Of a stretch of 64,000 nt of DNA, positions 8,357 through 16,142 are shown one piece after another. The translations under genes and the position numbers were made by a program. The notes below the pieces were generated by a model. That model worked only from the letters and a program-made list of their open reading frames with translations. It searched no databases and had not been told where the DNA came from. This stretch comes from an uncultured virus (IMG/VR IMGVR_UViG_3300027608_000026) (Duplodnaviria; Heunggongvirae; Uroviricota; Caudoviricetes), in IMG/VR virus record IMGVR_UViG_3300027608_000026; one strand, given 5' to 3'. Position 1 is the stretch's first letter; each line of letters opens with the position of its first letter.

Positions 8357-8360
8357 AGTT

Positions 8361-8580
8361 TTGTAAGTGTCAGCAAGTGAAGTCACGCTGTCTAGGTTTC
8401 TTCGAAGGACCAAAGCAGTAAAAGGCAAATGGGTTCAACTCCCACCCGCGGGGAACTGCGGAGGTCCGTAACGGGGACTACGCTGGATGGATCCCAAGTG
8501 ATATCCATCGTGCTCGAGGTCAGGCTAGGCGGCCGGTAAGTCCTGAATAAATCTACGATAAATGCGGCGTAGGCTTACAA
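8361..8580 (+). ncRNA. Long CAGCAA-scaffold RNA with permuted tRNA-like domain
   Basis: TTGTAAGT/GCTTACAA ends; GGTTT-CTTCGAA-GGACC; TGGG-TTCAACT-CCCA; CCGCGG-GGAA-CTGCGG; GTCC-GTAACGG-GGAC. Confidence 0.65.
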
Positions 8581-8589
8581 ATTCAATAT

Positions 8590-8665
8590 GTCCCTATCGT
8601 CTAGTGGCCTAGGACACCAGCCTTTCACGTTGGGTACACGAGTTCGAATCTCGTTAGGGACGCCA
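8590..8665 (+). tRNA. tRNA-Glu(TTC)
   Basis: loop CTTTCAC. Confidence 0.92.
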
Positions 8666-8681
8666 TATATAGGAGTAGATC

Positions 8682-8855
8682 ATGAAAACATTATTTTTTG
8701 AAAATGTCTTTAACAAAGAAAAATTCTATTGTAAAGACACCAAAGACATCCGTGTAATAGACGGCATAGAATATCTACGAGTTTTTAAAGATGGCACACA
8801 ACGAGATTGTCTAGTAAAGAAAGATAGTCTTAGAAAAGTACAAGAAAAGAAATAA
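8682..8855 (+). CDS. Hypothetical protein (57 aa)
   Basis: SD AGGAG; MKTLFFENVFNKEKFYC.. Confidence 0.65.
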   Translation: MKTLFFENVFNKEKFYCKDTKDIRVIDGIEYLRVFKDGTQRDCLVKKDSLRKVQEKK

Positions 8856-8856
8856 T

Positions 8857-8930
8857 GCTTCGGTAGTTTAATGGCAGAACAATGCCGTGACATGGCGTAG
8901 ATGGGAGTTCAATTCTCCAACGAAGTACCA
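8857..8930 (+). tRNA. tRNA-Val(GAC)
   Basis: loop GTGACAT (unusual G32). Confidence 0.75.
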
Positions 8931-8935
8931 ATTAT

Positions 8936-9011
8936 GCGGGTAAGGTGTTTATGGATACACATCAGTCTTCCAAACTGAAGTAGACCGGTTCGATACCGGC
9001 TACCCGCTCCA
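8936..9011 (+). tRNA. tRNA-Gly(TCC)
   Basis: loop CTTCCAA, U73. Confidence 0.9.
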
Positions 9012-9012
9012 T

Positions 9013-9101
9013 GGGGGGTTATCGGGGCTGGGCCCTGCGCTGTCTTGAAAACAGATGGACTTTTAACGAGGTTGGAGTTCGATTCTACCATCCCCCCGCC
9101 A
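9013..9101 (+). tRNA. tRNA-Ser(TGA)
   Basis: loop CTTGAAA, long V-arm, G73. Confidence 0.8.
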
Positions 9102-9108
9102 AATTATT

Positions 9109-9200
9109 GCCAGCGAGACTTGGAAGTCAGAGAGGTCTTATAAGCCTTTTAGCGCCAGATTAGCGTTCTTGAGAGGGTTCGATCCCCTCCGCTGGTACCA
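9109..9200 (+). tRNA. tRNA with TAT anticodon (Ile) and long variable arm
   Basis: GAGGT-CTTATAA-GCCTT; V-arm AGCGC-CAGATTA-GCGTT. Confidence 0.75.
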
Positions 9201-9209
9201 GTTTTATTT

Positions 9210-9284
9210 CCGGCTTTCGTATAATGGAAAATACAATAGGCTTCTACCCTGTGAATAGGAGTTCGATTCTTCTAGGCCGGACCA
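9210..9284 (+). tRNA. tRNA-Arg(TCT)
   Basis: loop CTTCTAC. Confidence 0.88.
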
Positions 9285-9293
9285 AGTTTTTAT

Positions 9294-9370
9294 GCCCCGT
9301 TACGCTAATTGGTAGTGCGGATTCTCTCAAAAGGAGTTGGCTGTCTGTTCGAATCAGACACGGGGTACCA
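9294..9370 (+). tRNA. tRNA-Leu(CAA), short V-loop
   Basis: loop CTCAAAA. Confidence 0.85.
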
Positions 9371-9529
9371 GTTTAGGGATAGACGACACAATGAGTCCCA
9401 GATAGTCTAGCATGGCTTTGGTTGGCCATGTGACACCGCAGACGACTATAAGGTAGTATAAACTCTTGTGTTCGAGACAATCCGATGAGGCTTGCTAACA
9501 ACAAGATAGTCGGGCTCCCGCCTTATAAT

Positions 9530-9606
9530 GCCTTCGTACGCTAATTGGTAGTGCGGCTTGCCTTAGAAGCAGGTGGTTGGGGGTTCGAATCCGCCCGAAG
9601 GTACCA
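9530..9606 (+). tRNA. tRNA-Leu(TAG), short V-loop
   Basis: loop CTTAGAA. Confidence 0.85.
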
Positions 9607-9676
9607 AACCAGGATAGTGTGAAAGAGAACTATCGACAGTCCGTCTAGGGCCAATTGGGTGAGAAGCCCATTCAAT

Positions 9677-9753
9677 GCCCCTGTACGCTAATTGGTAGTG
9701 CGGATAGACTTAAAATCTGTTGGTTGGCGGTTCGAATCTGCCCAGGGGTACCA
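9677..9753 (+). tRNA. tRNA-Leu(TAA), short V-loop
   Basis: loop CTTAAAA. Confidence 0.85.
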
Positions 9754-9810
9754 TTACTTGTCCTGGCCAAGATAATAGAAATAAATAGAATGTTACCAAT
9801 AAGGCTTAAC

Positions 9811-10743
9811 ATGAAAAAGAAACTCTGCTTAGTATATCAACTGTTTACAAAGTGCAATATAGGTTGCAAGTATTGTTATAATTATTTTGATCAAGATGTA
9901 CGTCCTTTCAATTATTATACATCTAAAGTTGGTAAACTCTTAGAATTATACCATGATGAAACTTGTTTTGTTTTAAATGGTGGTGAGCCCTTGTTGCTTA
10001 AAGGATTTCAACATCTAGTAAATCAAGCGACTGAGAAGGCAAAAACATATACCTATACTAACGGTACTCTAAGCACATGGCACTATAAGAGATTTATTGA
10101 TAGTCTTGAGCACAAAGACAAGTTTTACATGACAATCAGTTTACACTTTATGGAAGTGCTAAGAGATAACAAGTTACCGGACAAATACTTTAAAAATATT
10201 GAACTTTTTGCTAAGAATATTCCCAACTTAAAAATCAACCTAGTAGTTGATGAAGAGTTTCAAGGTGAATACTTGCAAGTGATTAGACAAACTATGAGAG
10301 AAATTAAACAAAGAACTTCTCTTAAGAATGTTAATATTTTGATTGCAGATCACATGTATGAAGATGAATTTAAACTATTACGTGTGTTAAATCAAGATTT
10401 TATTGACTTTGTTGAAGAAATTGACAGTAATTTTGCTTATAAAAATTGCATGTGGGACAATACCAGACAATCATTAACAGAAATGATTAAAGACATAAAA
10501 GAAAATATTGTGCTAAAGTTAGCCGGAAAGGATTTTAAGATTCCGTATGAATATGAATTTGGACAAATATTTTTTCTAGAAAGTCCCGAAGGAATGATTG
10601 TTCAGGAATTTTTCGGTGAAGGACGTCAAGAACATAAAATACCGTTTGATCAATTTGACGCATTTGTTGAAGATATCAAACCAAAAGTACAAAGCAAGCC
10701 TCTTAGAAAAATTACAACATTATCCTCTGTTGGAATAATCTAA
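9811..10743 (+). CDS. Radical SAM protein
   Basis: CNIGCKYC (CxxxCxxC), GGEP, YTNGT; the longer ORF-track start overlaps tRNA-Leu. Confidence 0.85.
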   Translation: MKKKLCLVYQLFTKCNIGCKYCYNYFDQDVRPFNYYTSKVGKLLELYHDETCFVLNGGEPLLLKGFQHLVNQATEKAKTYTYTNGTLSTWHYKRFIDSLEHKDKFYMTISLHFMEVLRDNKLPDKYFKNIELFAKNIPNLKINLVVDEEFQGEYLQVIRQTMREIKQRTSLKNVNILIADHMYEDEFKLLRVLNQDFIDFVEEIDSNFAYKNCMWDNTRQSLTEMIKDIKENIVLKLAGKDFKIPYEYEFGQIFFLESPEGMIVQEFFGEGRQEHKIPFDQFDAFVEDIKPKVQSKPLRKITTLSSVGII

Positions 10744-10905
10744 TCACAAATTATTGATAAAGCGAAGTGCTTTGTTGACGTTGGTAAAATATCGCACAGT
10801 TAGTTCTATATCGTAGATATCTCGAACCATAACGATGCAGACACCCTCATGTAATGATAGATGAAAGTGTAATCCTCCGGGGGTAACGCTTTCGTATGTC
10901 TTCAT
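10744..10905 (-). CDS. Hypothetical protein (53 aa)
   Basis: MKTYESVTPGG..; TAAATA motif upstream on - strand. Confidence 0.45.
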   Translation of the reverse strand: MKTYESVTPGGLHFHLSLHEGVCIVMVRDIYDIELTVRYFTNVNKALRFINNL

Positions 10906-10946
10906 ACAAATATTTACCGCTTTCGTACCTAGGGGTACCAATCATT

Positions 10947-11020
10947 GCTCTTATAGTTTAATGGAAGAACACTGTCTTGGTATGACAGGAATCGTAGTTC
11001 GATTCTACGTTAGAGCACCA
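10947..11020 (+). tRNA. tRNA-Thr(GGT)
   Basis: loop TTGGTAT. Confidence 0.88.
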
Positions 11021-11078
11021 AAAGGTATTGACAATAAATTAGATTTACTGTATAATCAATACATAAAGGAATTAAACA

Positions 11079-11318
11079 ATGGCACGTATTACAAGTCAGT
11101 TAGCAGTTGAACAAATTGGTAATAGATACGATCTAGTATTAGTTGCATCTATTCGTGCCCGGGAATTAACACGGGGACACATGCCTTTGGTAAGTAAGAA
11201 AGGTGGGCCAATTGTTACAGCCCTACGAGAAATTGAAGAAGGAAAAATCGGAAAAGATTATTTGTTAAAACTCAAAAAAGACGCAAGTAAAAATTATCGC
11301 GGGTTAGAGAAACGGTAA
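11079..11318 (+). CDS. rpoZ: RNA polymerase omega subunit homolog
   Basis: MARIT..IGNRYDLVLVASIRAREL..PIVTALREIEEG; own TTGACA..TATAAT promoter. Confidence 0.9.
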   Translation: MARITSQLAVEQIGNRYDLVLVASIRARELTRGHMPLVSKKGGPIVTALREIEEGKIGKDYLLKLKKDASKNYRGLEKR

Positions 11319-11371
11319 CTCACGAGTCTCATAAGCTCGAGATCCTGGTTCGATTCCGGGACCCGCAACCA
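11298..11371 (+). tRNA. tRNA-fMet(CAT)
   Basis: C1xA72 mismatch, loop CTCATAA; overlaps rpoZ 3' end. Confidence 0.85.
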
Positions 11372-11375
11372 GTTT

Positions 11376-11437
11376 AGGTTAATTACAGCGATTTAAAAAT
11401 GGCGACTGCTAGGTCATTAAACTAGTATTAACCTGTT
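11376..11437 (+). ncRNA. CAGCAA-scaffold RNA variant
   Basis: AGGTTAAT/ATTAACCT-GTT, TACAGCGA. Confidence 0.5.
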
Positions 11438-11443
11438 GAATTT

Positions 11444-11528
11444 TGCCCCGGTGGTGTAATGGTAGCCACGCTGGTCTTAGAAGCCAGTGTCGAAAGGCGT
11501 GTCGGTTCGAGTCCGACCTGGGGCACCA
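11444..11528 (+). tRNA. tRNA-Leu(TAG), canonical long V-arm
   Basis: loop CTTAGAA. Confidence 0.92.
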
Positions 11529-11693
11529 ATAATTGATAGCTCTCGGCAGGTATCGTATATGGACGCATATACTACACGACATCCACTGGCATGGTGCGAA
11601 GTCTAATATAACTGCTGTTAGATGCTTTGGAACTGTTAGCGCAGGACTCCTAAATAGACACGTTGTCATAGACGGCGAGTGCTATCAATTATT

Positions 11694-11783
11694 GGTGTGG
11701 TCCTATAATGGTATTAGAGCAGATTGCTAATCTGTCGGTCGGCGTAATCCGGCTTCTGAGTTCGAGTCTCAGTCACACCGCCA
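11694..11783 (+). tRNA. tRNA-Ser(GCT)
   Basis: loop TTGCTAA, long V-arm, G73. Confidence 0.88.
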
Positions 11784-11802
11784 ATTTTTTTAAGAGGTAA
11801 TA

Positions 11803-11988
11803 ATGTATATTAAACCAGGTCCTAGTTACAAAATGAGTTCACAAGCAAAGCGATTTGCGGCACAAATCCTTGATCCACATAAGCGTGGAGAGTTTTTACG
11901 TAGTACAGTTCAAGCAGAACTTGCATCGTTGATTAAACCCGTCAGGGAGAAAAAGACTCGTACTGAGTCGGATGTAGGAAGTGATTGA
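11803..11988 (+). CDS. Hypothetical protein
   Basis: SD GAGG, ORF track. Confidence 0.6.
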   Translation: MYIKPGPSYKMSSQAKRFAAQILDPHKRGEFLRSTVQAELASLIKPVREKKTRTESDVGSD

Positions 11989-12221
11989 TGTCTAAAGGAA
12001 GTAGACCTCGTCCATATAGTGTTAGCCAAGAAAAGTTTGGCAATAACTATGATGCAATTTTTGGAAAGAGAAATATGTCACCAAGTGTAGAAGAAATGAA
12101 AAAAGGTACATGCGGTTGCGGCCGCAGTCCAACTGGTAATTGTTGCGGTTGGCACGGCTTGACAGAAGAACAATATCAAGCTAGACTAGCAGAATATATT
12201 GCAGAAAAAACTGACGAATAA
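11988..12221 (+). CDS. Small protein with CDGSH-like Fe-S motif
   Basis: CGCGRSPTGNCCGWH resembles CxCxxS...CDGSH. Confidence 0.55.
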   Translation: MSKGSRPRPYSVSQEKFGNNYDAIFGKRNMSPSVEEMKKGTCGCGRSPTGNCCGWHGLTEEQYQARLAEYIAEKTDE

Positions 12222-12227
12222 GATATT

Positions 12228-12302
12228 GCCTGGTTAGCTCAGGGGTAGAGCAACGCCTTTACACGGCGAAGGTCCGCGGTTCGAAACCGTGACCAGGTAC
12301 CA
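12228..12302 (+). tRNA. tRNA-Val(TAC)
   Basis: loop TTTACAC. Confidence 0.92.
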
Positions 12303-12307
12303 GTAGT

Positions 12308-12556
12308 ATGATAGATTACATTACAACATTTTTTGCAATTTTTTTACTTGACGTTGTGTATACTTACTATCTGCGATGTGTAGCAAATGACAATGTGCTG
12401 GGAGCAAGTTTTTGGTCAGTAGCATGTTATATATTAGGAAGCATAGCAGTTATAAATTATACAACTAACCATTGGTTGATGATTCCGGCAATGGCAGGTG
12501 CGTTTTGCGGAACTTATGTTGGAATGAAAATTAGAAAGAAGAATAACGGTGTGTAG
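12308..12556 (+). CDS. Small membrane protein
   Basis: Three hydrophobic segments. Confidence 0.6.
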   Translation: MIDYITTFFAIFLLDVVYTYYLRCVANDNVLGASFWSVACYILGSIAVINYTTNHWLMIPAMAGAFCGTYVGMKIRKKNNGV

Positions 12557-12623
12557 CTCAGCTTGGTAGAGCTCTGCGTTTGGGACGCAGTGGTCGCATG
12601 TTCGAATCGTGTCACACCGACCA
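12547..12623 (+). tRNA. tRNA-Pro(TGG)
   Basis: CTGCG-TTTGGGA-CGCAG. Confidence 0.9.
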
Positions 12624-12642
12624 TATTAATAAAGGAAATAAA

Positions 12643-12915
12643 ATGAGTCAAGTTAGAGCAAGTCATATTTTAGTGCCCACATTGGCAGAGGCAGTAGATT
12701 TAAAAGAGAAAATCTCTGCTGGGGAAGATTTTGCGGCAGTGGCCCGTAGTTTTAGTAAGTGCCCAAGCGGACAGAACGGTGGCGATCTAGGACAGTTTAG
12801 TACAGGTATGATGGTTAAGCCTTTTGAAGATGCAACCTTTAGCCTGCCAATCGGGCATATTAGCGGACCTGTACAAACACAATTTGGATATCACATCATT
12901 CACCGTACTGGTTAA
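12643..12915 (+). CDS. ppiC: Parvulin-type peptidyl-prolyl isomerase
   Basis: RASHILV, SKCPSG..GGDLG, MVKPFE, GPVQTQFGYHII. Confidence 0.93.
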   Translation: MSQVRASHILVPTLAEAVDLKEKISAGEDFAAVARSFSKCPSGQNGGDLGQFSTGMMVKPFEDATFSLPIGHISGPVQTQFGYHIIHRTG

Positions 12916-13452
12916 ATGAAACCTGTATTAATGATACATGAAGTCGGAGAGGCTTTATTTGATCTTCCCTTAGAAGATTATATATTAACCTTTGACGACG
13001 GATTGTATAGCCAATATTATTATTGGCCGCAGATTAAAAACATTAATACAGACAAGTATTTTTTTGTTAGTTCAAATATATATTGCAGAGATAGCAGGCA
13101 GAATTTGAATTTTCCCACTTGTGAAGAAGCACATGCTAAAGCAAGGGCAGGGAACTTTGAAGACTATATGACCGTTGAGCAGTTAAAAGAACTAACACTC
13201 GATCCTAATGTAACTGTTGGTGGCCACGGTCATAATCATATTGATCTGGGCATCATACAGGGATTACAAAAGAAAATTGATGTTATAATTAGTGATACAG
13301 AGGCAATGATGTATTGGTTTAAGTTAAATCTTGGATACTATCCACATGCCTTTTGTTTTCCATATAACAATGATGCAGATAAAGTATACACTTCTATTCT
13401 TAAGAAAAGAGGGTTTACAGAGTTGTTTGGCGGGGAAAGAAATAACCCGTGA
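12916..13452 (+). CDS. Polysaccharide deacetylase (NodB-like)
   Basis: LTFDDG, GGHGHNH, FCFPY. Confidence 0.8.
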   Translation: MKPVLMIHEVGEALFDLPLEDYILTFDDGLYSQYYYWPQIKNINTDKYFFVSSNIYCRDSRQNLNFPTCEEAHAKARAGNFEDYMTVEQLKELTLDPNVTVGGHGHNHIDLGIIQGLQKKIDVIISDTEAMMYWFKLNLGYYPHAFCFPYNNDADKVYTSILKKRGFTELFGGERNNP

Positions 13453-13905
13453 TCCCGTACACGTAATAAACGGGGGTAGGGCAGTTACCATAGAGAGTGC
13501 TAGGTGTTCAGTGCATTGACCATCCGAGCTCATGATAGAGTCACCGGGAACGCATTGGGTGAGGCATAACACCTTTCCAAAAGAAGAAATGTTATGGACA
13601 GAGTAACCGCTCAGTCTAGGGCTCATGTGGTGTGAGTAGCTAGACACTTTATTAAAATATACTTTCGTCTACGTTGCCCAAACCCGGGGGAGCCTCGCAA
13701 AGGAAATGTGCATAGCACACGGTACAACAAGCATAAGACACTTGTTGGAAGTATATTTTAATAAAGTTATTTTATAAATGCTTTCTGTAGTAGCTACAAT
13801 GGAACACCGAAATACTTGTCAATGTCGACCATGTACAAGGACCGGCCATGAAGAGCAGGGCTACCGTGGATTCAAGCGCCGCAGAGAGCACCTATAAAGT
13901 GAATT

Positions 13906-14400
13906 ATGGAAATACAAAAACCTAACTTGGCCAAGGGTCGAAACAGCTATGATTCGACCAGCACGGGATCTATAATTCCTTTTTTCAATAGGAATGTTAC
14001 TCCCTATGCCACCGAAGCGGGCGGACCAAAGTTTGAAATGGTCCCTGTTGAAAAACAAAAAGACCTAATGATTAATCATGCTAGGATGTATGCCCAGCAA
14101 GAATACGATCGCATTATGGAATTAGTTGCTGTTCTAGAAAAACAGGCACTCCAAATCAAACGTAGATTAGAAATTACCGATGCTGTACACGGAGCGGTAT
14201 ATGCTTTTCAACCGGTAATGGGTAACGCATATTGGATAGTTTGGGATGAAAGAAAGCAACATACTTTGCTTACACAGAACGGACCTCTAGATTGGTCATC
14301 TAGTCCTCCTGTCGATTATAAGTATATGGCGCATGTAAAATACATGGGCGACCATACTTGGTTAGAAATAGACGAAAACGGAAATCCAACAAATGACTAA
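13906..14400 (+). CDS. DUF2452-like protein
   Basis: AQQEYDRI..L..QA..I..R, FQPVMG..Y, GDHTW. Confidence 0.6.
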   Translation: MEIQKPNLAKGRNSYDSTSTGSIIPFFNRNVTPYATEAGGPKFEMVPVEKQKDLMINHARMYAQQEYDRIMELVAVLEKQALQIKRRLEITDAVHGAVYAFQPVMGNAYWIVWDERKQHTLLTQNGPLDWSSSPPVDYKYMAHVKYMGDHTWLEIDENGNPTND

Positions 14401-15187
14401 ACGAATTTTAATTATGGGCCTGCCGGGCGCAGGCAAAACTTATCTAGCACAACATATTGTAGAACATCTACAAGCAGAAAAGAAACGTGTAGGTTGGCTT
14501 AACGCTGACGATGTACGCAAAAAGTACGATGACTGGGATTTTAGTGAAGCTGGACGTATTCGTCAAAGTAAACGTATGCGTGATCTAGCAGATGCTATAA
14601 CAGACATTGACTATGTTATCTGTGACTTTGTTGCACCCTTAGTTGAGATGCGTAATAATTTTAAAGCAGATTGGACTGTATGGGTTGACACTATCCGTGA
14701 AGGTCGCTATGCAGATACAAATGCCATGTTTGTAGAACCTGAAGTTTATGACTTCCGTATTACAGAACAAAAAGCAGAAAAGTGGGGTGAGTTTATTGCC
14801 GCACATATTATAGATAATCGTAAGCGACCCGTATTCGATTGGAAGAAAGAAACAGTACAGATGCTAGGTCGTTGGCAACCGTGGCATGATGGACATCGTG
14901 CCTTGTTTGAACGATTGCTTGCTAAGACTGGTCAAGTTATTATTCAAGTACGTGATGTGCAAGGATGGCAAGGCAGTAATCCTTTTGAAGTAGCTAGAGT
15001 TAAAAGTTTTATCAAACGTGACCTAGATCCCTTATACCAAGGACAGTATGAAATACAAGTTGTTCCTAACATTGTACACATTGGTTGGGGCCGTGGTGTA
15101 GGGTATACTGCCGGCGAAGAGTCATTTGACGAAACAATAACTGATATTAGTGCTACTAAGATTCGAAAAGAATTAGGACTAAAATGA
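14393..15187 (+). CDS. APS-kinase-like P-loop domain fused to HxGH nucleotidyltransferase
   Basis: GLPGAGKT, NADDVR, DFSEAGR; GRWQPWHDGH; ISATKIR. Confidence 0.8.
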   Translation: MTKRILIMGLPGAGKTYLAQHIVEHLQAEKKRVGWLNADDVRKKYDDWDFSEAGRIRQSKRMRDLADAITDIDYVICDFVAPLVEMRNNFKADWTVWVDTIREGRYADTNAMFVEPEVYDFRITEQKAEKWGEFIAAHIIDNRKRPVFDWKKETVQMLGRWQPWHDGHRALFERLLAKTGQVIIQVRDVQGWQGSNPFEVARVKSFIKRDLDPLYQGQYEIQVVPNIVHIGWGRGVGYTAGEESFDETITDISATKIRKELGLK

Positions 15188-15633
15188 AGCAGAAATTAGT
15201 CAATGCTTATATGCAGACTGCAAAAACGTTTGCAGAACTTAGTCATGCTCGTAGATTACATGTTGGGGCTATTGTGGTCAAGGATGATAGAATTATTAGT
15301 ATTGGCTATAACGGTATGCCGGCTGGTTGGGATAACAATTGTGAAGATGAAGTTGTTGTTGGTTTAGTCGATGGAGTGCCCCAGCGAGAAATAAAAGAAC
15401 TTAAAACTAGACCAGAGGTATTACATGCAGAAACTAATGCGATTGCTAAATTGGCTAAGTCAAACGAATCTGGCCTTGGCAGTGATATGTTTATTACTCA
15501 TAGTCCTTGTTTGGATTGTGCCAAATTAATTTATCAAAGCGGAATAAAACGTGTATGGTACGGGGAAGCATACAGAAATACAGACGGTGTAGAATTTTTA
15601 ACCAAGAGTGGTATAGAAGTAAATAAAGTGTAA
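15184..15633 (+). CDS. dCMP deaminase
   Basis: IGYNG, HAETNA, PCLDC. Confidence 0.92.
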   Translation: MKQKLVNAYMQTAKTFAELSHARRLHVGAIVVKDDRIISIGYNGMPAGWDNNCEDEVVVGLVDGVPQREIKELKTRPEVLHAETNAIAKLAKSNESGLGSDMFITHSPCLDCAKLIYQSGIKRVWYGEAYRNTDGVEFLTKSGIEVNKV

Positions 15634-15634
15634 T

Positions 15635-15708
15635 GCGGGATTGGTGAAGTGGTATCTCGAAACCTTGCCAAGGTTTAGTGACGAGTTCGATTCTCGTATC
15701 CCGCTCCA
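15635..15708 (+). tRNA. tRNA-Gly(GCC)
   Basis: loop TTGCCAA. Confidence 0.9.
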
Positions 15709-15722
15709 ACTTTAAAGGTTAT

Positions 15723-16142
15723 ATGGAAAAAATTAAAAAGGCTTTTTGGTTTACACTGGGCATGATTTGCCTAGGTATTGCCTACATTGGAGTAGTAACA
15801 CCTGGTATACCCTGGAGTACACCTACTGTGGGTGCCGCGTTTTGTTTTGCTAAAAGCAGTGACCGCTGGCATAACTGGATTATGAATCACAAATTGTTTG
15901 GACCATTTCTTCGTAATTGGTCTGAAAAACGTGTGTTCCCTACGTATGGCAAATGGGCCATGGTAATCACTATGGACATCAGTTTAATTATTCTTTGGTT
16001 TACTACAGGGAACTGGAAACTGGTTGCAGGAGTTGGCCTAGGTATGTTATTATGTGCTGTATGGGCGTTACGGTATCCTAGCAGTCCGGAAGAATATGAG
16101 CGCCGTAAACAAGCTGGAGAAAAAATAGGATGGTTCAAGTAA
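15723..16142 (+). CDS. YbaN/DUF454 membrane protein
   Basis: IGVVTPGIP..CFAKSS.RWHNWI..HKLFGP. Confidence 0.8.
   Translation: MEKIKKAFWFTLGMICLGIAYIGVVTPGIPWSTPTVGAAFCFAKSSDRWHNWIMNHKLFGPFLRNWSEKRVFPTYGKWAMVITMDISLIILWFTTGNWKLVAGVGLGMLLCAVWALRYPSSPEEYERRKQAGEKIGWFK

Noticed and set aside
5926..9091. ORF-track entries 5926, 6270, 8215, 8219, 8909 (also 11409, 11533, 13861, 15494, 21233)
   Set aside because: They overlap tRNA, ncRNA, tmRNA or better-supported genes and lack SDs; treated as shadow ORFs.
9478..9510. Hammerhead ribozyme (CCGATGAG)
   Set aside because: Core CUGAUGA is not matched and no correctly placed GAAA was found.
9811..10743. Radical SAM as PqqE partner of pqqA
   Set aside because: No Cys-rich SPASM domain, no pqqD, and it lies 15 kb away.
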